NCBI GenBank assembly: GCA_018669005.1
Contig: JABJAL010000103.1
Span: forward strand, 42,931 to 106,930
From: Nitrospinaceae bacterium
Lineage (GTDB): Bacteria; UBA8248
Direction: 5' to 3'
DNA length: 64,000 nucleotides
The translations under genes and the position numbers were made by a program. The notes under the pieces are model-generated. The model saw nothing but the letters and a program-made list of their open reading frames with translations. It had not been told where the DNA came from and did no database searches. Every line of letters starts with the position of its first letter. Positions within the stretch are counted from its first letter, which is position 1. This document shows positions 7,662 through 15,419 of this stretch, piece by piece.

Positions 7662-9521
7662 GAGACCTCTAGCCCCGCCGGGCCATAGCCGATGAAGCTG
7701 TAGACTTTCATCAATCCCCTTGAGTTCTCCGTCGAAAATTTCCTCGCGAAAGTTTATCTGCGATAAAAAATCATCAACGGCTGGCTCCTGTCTGAGCGAA
7801 TCGGTGATCACGATATCACCGCCCAAGCTTTGGCCTTGGATGCGGGCGGCGATGTTGACCGTTGTTCCGAAAAAATCTGTCTGCCCATTCAGGTTGACCG
7901 CGATGGCATGACCTGTGTGGACTCCCAACTTGATAATTACCGGGTTGTCTGCTCCTTCGGCGTTTCGCTTGCCAATTTTTTGTTGGATGGCGAAGGCGGC
8001 CTCTAGTGCTTTCTCAGAGGATTTAAAAGCGGCCATTATGGCATCGCCGATTGTTTTGACGAGGTGGCCGTCGCGGGCAAGTATTTCTGCGCTCAGGATG
8101 TCGAAGTGTCCTCGCACGACCCCGTAGGCGACGGCATCCCCGATATCTTCATACATTTGGGTCGAGCCTTTGAGATCGGTGAACATGAGCGCGACGTTCT
8201 GGATGGCGATGTTCTCGCCGGGCCGAATGGCGTCCGGCCCGAAGATGCGCCTGAACTGCGGAAAAAAGGCGATGTCTATTGCCGTTGCGGCATCGTCGGC
8301 CCAGGCTACCCGCTCCAGTACAATAAGCGTTTCCTCGGCGGCCGTGTTTGTGTAATTCAAACAGAGGATATCGGCAGGCTCTTGAATGAAAAACGGGTCG
8401 AGGCCCTCTTCGGTGATTCTGATTTTCGTTTCTTGCGCTTCGTTTTGGCGAGTGTCATCTGTCATTCGAATGGAAACATAGGTTTTGCTTTTCTCGCACC
8501 GGATGCGATAGGCGCCGGGGGGAAGGTGGTGTTTGGCCCGGCGCGAGCCGCCCGGCTCTAGCGTGAACTGCTCAGCCACATGGGGCGTGTTGCCGGGTCC
8601 CCCGACGCAGTATATTTCCTCTCGGATTTGTCGAAGGCCAGGCGAGGGAGAAAAGGTCACTTCGAGCGAGCGGTCAAACTCCACCTCGTAGTCGATGTTG
8701 CATGCCTCACAATAGGCCCCTGAGGTGACTTCGCCGAGCGAGGTGTATTGCGCCTTTGCATCTCGGCAGTGTGGACACATGAGGTTCCAGGTCAGGTTGA
8801 GGACGCCCGCCTGAACCGAGGAGAGGAACACTGAGAGAACCTCATCTTTAGGGTAGCCAAACTCCCGAGCCAGTGCGTAGGGGCGCATATAGCGTAGGTC
8901 CCGGCCTTCTGTCGTGGATATATGGCGAGCCAGTTTATCGAGAAGATCCTGGTCGGGTGGAGGAGAGATTTTGCCGAGCAGGCGGGCAGCCTCTCTTTCC
9001 ACTGAGGAGCGCCAGCGACCGGGGGAGGCGTGGTCCGCGCGGTCAAGTATTTCAGCTACAAATCCCTCGTATACCTTGCCGAAGGAGACTTTCGCCCGGC
9101 TTGCCACCATTTTCAGAAGAGGCGCTATCAGCGGCCACCGGGGCCTTAGAGACAAGGTCTGGACTAGGTGGGTTCCCTTGGTTTCGGGAAAAAGCTCGAC
9201 GCGGCTGGTGTAACTGTGGAGCGGCCCTGACTCGAAATCGCGCCTCACGGAAAGGCGGTGGTTTTCCACCCACTCGAATGGGTGTTCCCGGTAGCGGAGC
9301 GGAATGAGGCCTAGCAGGCGGATTTCTGCGTAGGTTCGCGAGCCGCCGCCCTCAATCGGGACGGTCCTGTAGGTGACTGAAGGGAGGCCTGCGAGTCGGT
9401 TCACTTTGTCGGTGTCACAGACGTGTGGCCAGAGCTGCTCGGGGGAGACTCCAAAGCGCCATTCCCAGATAAAGGTGTGAACTGATTCCGATTGTGCGGT
9501 ATCGTTGTCTTCACTGATCAA
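7653..9521 (-). CDS. Class III adenylate/guanylate cyclase with large N-terminal sensor region
   Basis: C-terminal motifs: ALMFTDLKGSTQMYE, VKTIGDAIMAAF, GVHTGHAIA, FFGTTVNIAARIQG. The N-terminal ~400 aa include a CPHC...CEAC zinc-ribbon-like pair. Confidence 0.8.
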   Translation of the reverse strand: MISEDNDTAQSESVHTFIWEWRFGVSPEQLWPHVCDTDKVNRLAGLPSVTYRTVPIEGGGSRTYAEIRLLGLIPLRYREHPFEWVENHRLSVRRDFESGPLHSYTSRVELFPETKGTHLVQTLSLRPRWPLIAPLLKMVASRAKVSFGKVYEGFVAEILDRADHASPGRWRSSVEREAARLLGKISPPPDQDLLDKLARHISTTEGRDLRYMRPYALAREFGYPKDEVLSVFLSSVQAGVLNLTWNLMCPHCRDAKAQYTSLGEVTSGAYCEACNIDYEVEFDRSLEVTFSPSPGLRQIREEIYCVGGPGNTPHVAEQFTLEPGGSRRAKHHLPPGAYRIRCEKSKTYVSIRMTDDTRQNEAQETKIRITEEGLDPFFIQEPADILCLNYTNTAAEETLIVLERVAWADDAATAIDIAFFPQFRRIFGPDAIRPGENIAIQNVALMFTDLKGSTQMYEDIGDAVAYGVVRGHFDILSAEILARDGHLVKTIGDAIMAAFKSSEKALEAAFAIQQKIGKRNAEGADNPVIIKLGVHTGHAIAVNLNGQTDFFGTTVNIAARIQGQSLGGDIVITDSLRQEPAVDDFLSQINFREEIFDGELKGIDESLQLHRLWPGGARGLSA

Positions 9522-9637
9522 CTGGAAACCTCGAAGATGCGTTTCACCGGCCCTGGCGCGTTTAACTCAAGCGCATAGATTAAGGGTATTATAGGTAGGC
9601 TGCCGTCCCTCAACAAGAAGAATCAATGGGAGAAATC

Positions 9638-10279
9638 ATGCCCCTCGACCCAACGCTCATCGTCATAACGGACAAAAAAATTCTGGCTCACTCCTCGAAC
9701 ATGCCGATGGCCGATGCCGTCCGTGCTGCGGCGGCTGGCGGCGCGACGATGATTCAGTACCGCGAAAAGGAAATGGAGAGTGCCGAGTTGCTGCGCGAGG
9801 CAGACGAGCTATGCGCCGCGCTCGATGGAACCGGATGTTCATTCACAGTGAATGATCGCATCGATATTGCTCTCGCCTCTGGAGCTGCGGGGGTGCATCT
9901 TGGCCAGACGGATTTACCCCTTCCCCGCGCGAAGGCGTTGGGAGGTAGCCTGTTCTATGGCGTGACTGCGGGGAGAATAGAGTGGGCCGCAAAAGCAGAG
10001 GCTGATGGAGCAGATTATTTCGGGGTGGGGCCAATCTATCCGACGGGCAGCAAGGATAATGCGCGGCCACCCATCGGCCCTGCCGGGATGGGCAAAATTC
10101 TTCCCTATGCGGGTGGTATTCCGGCGGTGGCCATCGGTGGGGTGAATGCTGAAAATCTTGCGCCCGTCATAGCTGCCGGGGCGCAAGGGGTGGCGGTTAT
10201 TGGGGCGGTGATGGGAGCGTCCGATCCAGAGGCGGCAGCGCGGGAGTTGAGGCGCCGTATCGAGGAGGCCAAAGGGTGA
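9638..10279 (+). CDS. thiE: Thiamine-phosphate synthase
   Basis: Typical ThiE length and motifs (IQYREK, VHLGQTDLP, GVGPIYPTGSK, AIGG). ATG 9638 follows GGGAGA; the ORF-track start 9626 is also possible. Confidence 0.85.
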   Translation: MPLDPTLIVITDKKILAHSSNMPMADAVRAAAAGGATMIQYREKEMESAELLREADELCAALDGTGCSFTVNDRIDIALASGAAGVHLGQTDLPLPRAKALGGSLFYGVTAGRIEWAAKAEADGADYFGVGPIYPTGSKDNARPPIGPAGMGKILPYAGGIPAVAIGGVNAENLAPVIAAGAQGVAVIGAVMGASDPEAAARELRRRIEEAKG

Positions 10280-11331
10280 ATGCAAAAGTGCAAGAAACGG
10301 CGGGAGGTTATGGCGAATTTGCTCTGATCGAGCGCCTGCGCTCGAAGCTGACCAAGTCACTCGAGGGCCCGAATGTCATCGTTGGTATCGGTGATGATGC
10401 CGCCGTGCTCGATGCTGGCGATGGGAAATGTTGGGTAGTTTCGTGCGATGCGCAGGTGCAAGGCACCCATTTTCCGAAGACGGGCGCTTCAGGCTTCAGT
10501 GTTGGCCACAAGGGACTTGCTGTGAATATAAGCGATGTTGCCTCGATGGGCGCCCGTCCGCTTTATGCGCTGATTTCTCTTGGGGTGACAGATGACACGT
10601 CGCTCGAATTTCTTGACGAGGTTTATGAGGGAATTAATGCCAAGGCCGAGCAGTGGGGCCTCGCCGTTGTTGGCGGAAACGTAACGCGCACTGAAGGGCC
10701 GTTTTTCATCGACGTGTTTATTACGGGAGAGGTGGCGCGCGAGAATCTTCTTCTCCGTAGCGGAGCGCGGCCGGGCGATCTAATTCTGGTGACAGGTAAC
10801 CTGGGAGACGCCGCCGCAGGTTTTTATATCTTGAACCACCCGGAGTTGAAGATCGGCTATGAATCGAGAACGATGCTCACCTTCGCACATCAGCGACCAC
10901 AACCTCGGGTGAGAGAGGCGCAGGCCATTTCGGCGCTTTGCAAGGCAACCGCGATGATGGATATCAGTGATGCGCTGGCAGGCGATGTCGAGCATATTTG
11001 CAAAGCAAGTGAAGTGGGGGCGGTGATTTGGGAGCATGAACTGCCTATTTCGACAGCGGCCCTCGATTTGGCGTCAATTGTTCAGGTGGACCCAAAAGAG
11101 TGGGCTCTCTATGGGGGCGAGGATTATCAGCTTTTGTTAACGGCCCCGGTCTCAGAGGTGCCCGCGCTTCAAGAAGCTGTAAGATCCGTTGGCGGCGGCT
11201 CTCTTACCCCGATTGGAGAGATATTGCTGCCCTCAGAGGGGATTTTGATTAAAAAAAGAAGTGGCACGGAGCCCCTTGAGGTTAAATCATGGGATCATTT
11301 CGGAAAACCTGAAGAGGACCCTAAAAGTTAA
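10276..11331 (+). CDS. thiL: Thiamine-monophosphate kinase
   Basis: GEFALIERL...GIGDDAAVL N-terminus and PurM-like fold. It shows 4-nt overlap coupling with thiE. Confidence 0.85.
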   Translation: MNAKVQETAGGYGEFALIERLRSKLTKSLEGPNVIVGIGDDAAVLDAGDGKCWVVSCDAQVQGTHFPKTGASGFSVGHKGLAVNISDVASMGARPLYALISLGVTDDTSLEFLDEVYEGINAKAEQWGLAVVGGNVTRTEGPFFIDVFITGEVARENLLLRSGARPGDLILVTGNLGDAAAGFYILNHPELKIGYESRTMLTFAHQRPQPRVREAQAISALCKATAMMDISDALAGDVEHICKASEVGAVIWEHELPISTAALDLASIVQVDPKEWALYGGEDYQLLLTAPVSEVPALQEAVRSVGGGSLTPIGEILLPSEGILIKKRSGTEPLEVKSWDHFGKPEEDPKS

Positions 11332-11484
11332 AGTATTGATAAAATGGGGGTTATTTGTGATCTCTCTGACGGTGCTGTTGTCTGGGGAAGATCGCGTGAT
11401 TATTCGGCTAAAATAGTTGACGGACTAAACTGTCTGAATTATATTTTTCGTGGGGAGTCCTTGGACTCCTATCTTCCGCACCTC

Positions 11485-11526
11485 GGCCCTCGTCGGCGTC
11501 TCCTCCGGCGGGGGCCATTTTTTTTC
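11485..11526 (+). terminator. Rho-independent terminator of thiE-thiL
   Basis: 12-bp stem GGCCCUCGUCGG / CCGGCGGGGGCC (two G-U pairs), 8-nt loop, then A followed by T9. It lies inside the spurious ORF 11344-11622. Confidence 0.75.
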
Positions 11527-11653
11527 TTGAAATTGTATTTTTCAGGTAAAAAGCGGGCGAATTTTCTTTCGATCTTAATGACAGATAAGTTATTGTTAAT
11601 ATTTAACTTATACGGAAAATAAGATTTTTTTTCAAAAAAATCACTTTTTCCCC

Positions 11654-11680
11654 TAAAGTTTTCCCTTAAATCGACGTTAA
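11654..11680 (+). promoter_or_regulatory. Sigma-28 (FliA)-type promoter TAAAGTTT-N11-GACGTTAA
   Basis: The -35 half matches 8/8 and the -10 half 6/8 of the TAAAGTTT-N11-GCCGATAA consensus, with exact 11-nt spacing. It is about 50 nt upstream of ORF 11729. Confidence 0.55.
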
Positions 11681-11728
11681 AAGATATGGGGGAATATTTA
11701 AAATGAACAAATGTAGGAAACTGAGAAT

Positions 11729-12109
11729 ATGAGCGGTGAGATACGATTTACCGAATCGGCGATATTTAAGGCACAACTGCTGAGCATCCGAGGATCTGTT
11801 AAAAGCTCTTTGCTAGGAGGTATAGGCTCTAGCGACGGGCTTTCCAACGCCTCTGGGGCGCTGTTGGCGAATGTCTCGAGTCAGAATACAGCCGATGCAT
11901 TTCTTGCGCAGGACGCCATTGCGAGCAATATTCAGAAAGGTGGGATAAATCTTGCCGCCAAGCTTGGCTCGCAGATCGTTGACCAGAATTTGGCTAGTTC
12001 GTTGGTGTCGGGAGGGGGGCTGTCTCTTCGGGTTCAGTCGAATTTGATCACGGTGGGTCTGAAGAGTCTAGGTGGTTCAAGGGGTAGTAACGTTAACTTC
12101 CTGGGCTAA
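11729..12109 (+). CDS. Hypothetical Gly/Ser-rich protein with YjfB-like C-terminal tail
   Basis: 126 aa with AGGA upstream. It ends ...GGSRGSNVNFLG and is preceded by a sigma-28-type promoter. Confidence 0.55.
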   Translation: MSGEIRFTESAIFKAQLLSIRGSVKSSLLGGIGSSDGLSNASGALLANVSSQNTADAFLAQDAIASNIQKGGINLAAKLGSQIVDQNLASSLVSGGGLSLRVQSNLITVGLKSLGGSRGSNVNFLG

Positions 12110-12239
12110 AAAAGGGTTGTAAAAGGGGGGATCGCTGCTGATTTTGTGAGGGTTTTCAGTTTTTCTCTCACTTATCGGGATTAATCTCAATATTTTTTTT
12201 GAGATGGTCCAAACGGGAGATTCTAATTACCTGTTGATC

Positions 12240-12266
12240 TTATCGGCTGTTTTCTGGGAAACTTTA
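12240..12266 (-). promoter_or_regulatory. Perfect sigma-28 (FliA) consensus promoter on the minus strand
   Basis: The minus strand reads TAAAGTTT-cccagaaaaca-GCCGATAA, a 16/16 match with exact 11-nt spacer. It points leftward, towards and antisense to ORF 11729-12109. No minus-strand ORF lies downstream. Confidence 0.7.
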
Positions 12267-12364
12267 GGGGTTGATGTAAAGAAACTTTTTCAATGGTTGA
12301 GTAATTTTTAGTACAAATGTACGTTTAGAGAAACATTAATCTAAATTTTCAATGGGGCAAGGCC

Positions 12365-13105
12365 ATGGTTGATAACGTAGGTAGTACACCGCAATTGGGT
12401 GGCCGTAATTTAAACGAGCTTGTGGCCAAGCGAGATAGCCAGAGTACGCTGGTGCGCTCGGTGAGTGGCCCTCCGGCTACGGCGGTTGCGCCAAGCAGTT
12501 CTGAGGCGCCCGAAACGGATCCGGCAATTAAGGGGCCCGATACCGGAGAGCAAATTAGTAAGGCACGCGAGCGACGCCGGAATCTTGAGTCTTCCTCTGT
12601 GTCTGTCCAGAACGCGGCGCAGGGTGCGAATACTTCGTCGCAATTGCGCGAGCTTACAGGCCAGGCAATCCAGGCACAGGCCCAGTCACGCCCGGCCCCT
12701 CCGCCAGTTCAGCCGGAGCAAACACAAAGCCCGGCGGGTGTGGGAAATGCTCCCCAGGGGGCGCCTGATAGTGGGCAAGAAGTTGCCGCTGTTTCCCCTC
12801 GAACGGAGGCTCCTGAAGTCGCCCCGGTTGCTGTTGGTGGAAGTGCTGGGCAGCAGACGAATACTGCCGCGACAGAGACATCGAGCCAGGCAGCGCCTGT
12901 CGCAGAGGCACCCAACCCGACACCAACGCTTCAGACGAGTGAAAGCCAGGCTCCGCAAGCTGTAGGTGGCACAGGTCCTGCGCCGCAAGCGAGTATCCCC
13001 GAGGTGGCGGTTCCCAATGCGCCTGAAACATCCGCTGATAATACAAGTACGGATTCTTCTGATGTGCCGGAAGTTAGAGGCGATGTTGTGAATGTTGTTG
13101 CTTGA
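12365..13105 (+). CDS. Low-complexity P/A/Q/S/E-rich (probably disordered) protein with YjfB-like tail
   Basis: 246 aa. It starts MVDN, like the next ORF (MVDS), and ends ...EVRGDVVNVVA. Overlapping alternate-frame ORFs are composition artefacts. Confidence 0.55.
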   Translation: MVDNVGSTPQLGGRNLNELVAKRDSQSTLVRSVSGPPATAVAPSSSEAPETDPAIKGPDTGEQISKARERRRNLESSSVSVQNAAQGANTSSQLRELTGQAIQAQAQSRPAPPPVQPEQTQSPAGVGNAPQGAPDSGQEVAAVSPRTEAPEVAPVAVGGSAGQQTNTAATETSSQAAPVAEAPNPTPTLQTSESQAPQAVGGTGPAPQASIPEVAVPNAPETSADNTSTDSSDVPEVRGDVVNVVA

Positions 13106-13129
13106 TAATTAGGGAAAAGGAAATGGCTA

Positions 13130-13369
13130 ATGGTTGATTCTATTCAAGTGGCGGCGCAGGGTGGCAAGCCGTTGCCTGCAGGGCCCAAGGGCCCGGAAAC
13201 GACCGCTGCTTTTCCTGTGTCCTCGAAAGTCATTGCTGCGAGTGTTGGGGGCAAGGATACGTTTCCTACGAAACCGGCTCGATTAACCCAAAATCTCCAG
13301 CAGAAAAGCCTGAAGACGAATTTTCTTCGCGAGGGCGGCCGGGGGGCGAACGTTAATTTGATTACCTGA
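13130..13369 (+). CDS. Small YjfB-like protein
   Basis: 79 aa. It lies 24 nt after the previous stop, with AAGGAA upstream. N-terminus MVDSIQVAAQ and C-terminus ...GGRGANVNLIT. Confidence 0.55.
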   Translation: MVDSIQVAAQGGKPLPAGPKGPETTAAFPVSSKVIAASVGGKDTFPTKPARLTQNLQQKSLKTNFLREGGRGANVNLIT

Positions 13370-13393
13370 CGAATTGGTTTTTTAGTGAGTTCA

Positions 13394-13421
13394 CCCCTCT
13401 CTGCGAGAGGGGATTTTTTTT
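13394..13421. terminator. Rho-independent terminator between convergent genes
   Basis: CCCCTCTC-tgc-GAGAGGGG followed by A then T9. Confidence 0.8.
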
Positions 13422-13432
13422 GCCTGAAAGGC

Positions 13433-14635
13433 CTAAAGAAACATCTGTTTTTCAGTCTTGTCGGGAGAGTCTGGGTGGATGCCGCTTGAGAATCGCTCGA
13501 TAATACCGGCCAGCATCGCTGTACGCGGCACGAGAGAGGATAGCTCGATGTATTCCTCTACTGTATGGAGTCCGCCTCCCACAGGCCCCAGGCCATCGAG
13601 GACGGGCACACGCATGGGTGCGAGGTAGTTACCGTCTGAGCCTCCCCCTGTTTGGGTGTGAGAAAATGAAACGCCGGCATCGGAGGCAATTTTCTCGGCG
13701 AGTTGGAGAAGCGTTCCCGTCTCCTCGCCGGTCTCCATGGCTGGCCGCCCGCCTCCCTCGGTGAAGATGAGGCGCGTTCCCTCGACGTTGGGAGTTTGAA
13801 TATTCTTGGCCAATTCATTTCGCATGGCGTCGAGCGTTTCCTGTTGCCAGGCCCTGATTTCAATGGTGCAGTCCGCCTTATCGGCCACGATGTGCGGGCG
13901 CTCCCCGCCGCTCAGGCCGGTGACGTTGAGTGTTCCGCCGGGGCGAACAAGACCGTAGGCTTGGACAATTTGCCGGGCCACTTCCTCGACCGCGCTGCGC
14001 CCTTTTTCGGGGTCAACACCGGCGTGTGCGGCGATTCCTTCTATAGAAAGCGTGCCGATGGCGCTTCCCATTCTGGCGCTGACGACCGAGCCATCTGCTC
14101 GGGCAGGCTCTAGTATCAGGGCCGCCGCCGCAAATTCGCCCATCTCCTCAATCAGACCCTTTGAGGAGGGGTTTCCTCGCTCCTCGTCCGTGTCGTAGAG
14201 AATGGTGATGGTGCCGAAATCATCGAAGCCCTCTGCGAGTAAGGTTTCCATCGCGTGGAGGCATGTAACCAGCCCGCCTTTCATGTCGATGATGCCAGGG
14301 CCCATCGCGCGGTCTCCGGTAATTTTAAAAGGGCGTTTGGCGGCCTCGCCCTCTGGGAATACCGTATCGCAGTGTCCGATGAGAAAAAGCTTGGGTTTGT
14401 CTGGGCGTTTTCCCCGGAAGCGAACTGTCAGGTGGTCGCCCGTACCGTGCGTGCCAGGTATGCGATCCACATCGCCGCCCATATTCCGGTAGCGCGCCTC
14501 GAAGTATGAGGCGACTTTAGTTGTTCCCTGCCCCGGAAAGGTGGGTGAATCGATTGAGACAACTTGCCTGAGATTCTCGATTATCTCGCTCTGGCGCGGC
14601 TCAATTTTTTCGCGCAGTTTTTTTGCACCGATCAT
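13433..14635 (-). CDS. M20 family metallopeptidase (carboxypeptidase G2 / YgeY-like)
   Basis: Motifs LIGHCDTVFPEGEA and GPGIIDMKGGL. The start is taken at MIGAKKLREK (ATG 14635), forming an ATGA overlap with the upstream stop; the 29-aa extension in the ORF track is unlikely. Confidence 0.8.
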   Translation of the reverse strand: MIGAKKLREKIEPRQSEIIENLRQVVSIDSPTFPGQGTTKVASYFEARYRNMGGDVDRIPGTHGTGDHLTVRFRGKRPDKPKLFLIGHCDTVFPEGEAAKRPFKITGDRAMGPGIIDMKGGLVTCLHAMETLLAEGFDDFGTITILYDTDEERGNPSSKGLIEEMGEFAAAALILEPARADGSVVSARMGSAIGTLSIEGIAAHAGVDPEKGRSAVEEVARQIVQAYGLVRPGGTLNVTGLSGGERPHIVADKADCTIEIRAWQQETLDAMRNELAKNIQTPNVEGTRLIFTEGGGRPAMETGEETGTLLQLAEKIASDAGVSFSHTQTGGGSDGNYLAPMRVPVLDGLGPVGGGLHTVEEYIELSSLVPRTAMLAGIIERFSSGIHPDSPDKTEKQMFL

Positions 14636-15417
14636 TTTTTCTCTCCGATAAGATAAAATCGGCCTTCCACCGAATCTCCCGTCACGCACATATCGAAGAT
14701 GCCCTCGGGCACTGATTCCCATACTTCCTCGGCAAGACGAAGGCGCTCCTGAGATAGACAGTGGCTTAGGTAGAGAATTTTCTTAGCGCTGGCAGGGAGA
14801 CGCGCTGGATAGCTCTCGGGATGTGAGGCCAGTGCGGCCAGGTGGCGAGGCTCAAGCGTGTCGCCTTGCGCAAAGCCGCCGATTCGGCAGGAGGTCTCAA
14901 AGCGAAAAACGATATCCGGGTTCGCGCTCATACCGATGGCCTTTAGTCCCTGTACAAGAATGCAGTGCGATACGCCACCCGGAATGACAGGCTCTGTTTC
15001 TGAGGGGGCCTTAATGAGTCTCTTTCGCGCACCGTCGGTCTTCACGATGAGCACGTTTCCGCTGCCCATGGCATGAAGCGCCTCCACCTGCTCAAGCGGA
15101 ATGCCAAGAAACATATCTTTGGGCAGCTTTTTTTCTACCCAGACAACCGCGCCTCGCGCGGCCCATTCCTGGGCTGCCGCATCGGCCTTTTCTCTTTCGG
15201 CCTCGCTGAGGAGTAAGGAAGGACCACTCCAATCCTGGAGCGATTGAAGGTTGGTCGTGCCCGTAACGAGCACGGGCTTTCCGGCCTCTACGAATTCGAT
15301 TACGAGTCGCTTCGTGATCGTTGCCTTGCCGCCGGCGCCCATGACAGCGGTCATTTCGCCGGGCTTGATATCAATGATTTTTGAAAGAAGTGGTAGTGCG
15401 TCTATATTTTTATTCAT
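14632..15417 (-). CDS. yqeC: YqeC-like protein (putative selenium-dependent hydroxylase accessory protein family)
   Basis: Walker-A-like VMGAGGKAT near the N-terminus, followed by VLVTGTT and a later EPVIPGG segment. This is the arrangement I associate with YqeC. Size is 261 aa. Confidence 0.5.
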   Translation of the reverse strand: MNKNIDALPLLSKIIDIKPGEMTAVMGAGGKATITKRLVIEFVEAGKPVLVTGTTNLQSLQDWSGPSLLLSEAEREKADAAAQEWAARGAVVWVEKKLPKDMFLGIPLEQVEALHAMGSGNVLIVKTDGARKRLIKAPSETEPVIPGGVSHCILVQGLKAIGMSANPDIVFRFETSCRIGGFAQGDTLEPRHLAALASHPESYPARLPASAKKILYLSHCLSQERLRLAEEVWESVPEGIFDMCVTGDSVEGRFYLIGEKK

Positions 15418-15419
15418 GG

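Noticed and set aside
9522-9637. Expected TPP riboswitch upstream of thiE
   Set aside because: I could not find the conserved CUGAGA / ACCUGAUCUGGAUAAUGCCAGCG-type elements on the plus strand, and the leader is only about 100 nt long.
11344-11622. 92-aa ORF after thiL
   Set aside because: It has no SD and an odd composition, and it spans a strong thiL terminator (11485-11526) plus another perfect hairpin (GGAGTCC-ttg-GGACTCC). It is most likely non-coding.
12204-12311. 35-aa plus-strand mini-ORF (MVQTGDSNYLLILSAVFWETLGVDVKKLFQWLSNF), and a 14-aa minus-strand ORF downstream of the perfect sigma-28 promoter
   Set aside because: Neither has a Shine-Dalgarno sequence or similarity to the neighbouring tail-motif family. 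They are too short to support from sequence alone.
12410-13046. Five alternate-frame or antisense ORFs (68-166 aa) over the P/A/Q-rich gene
   Set aside because: They are Arg/Pro/Cys-rich translations typical of off-frame reading of GC-rich low-complexity DNA. The chosen frame shares N- and C-terminal motifs with neighbouring genes.
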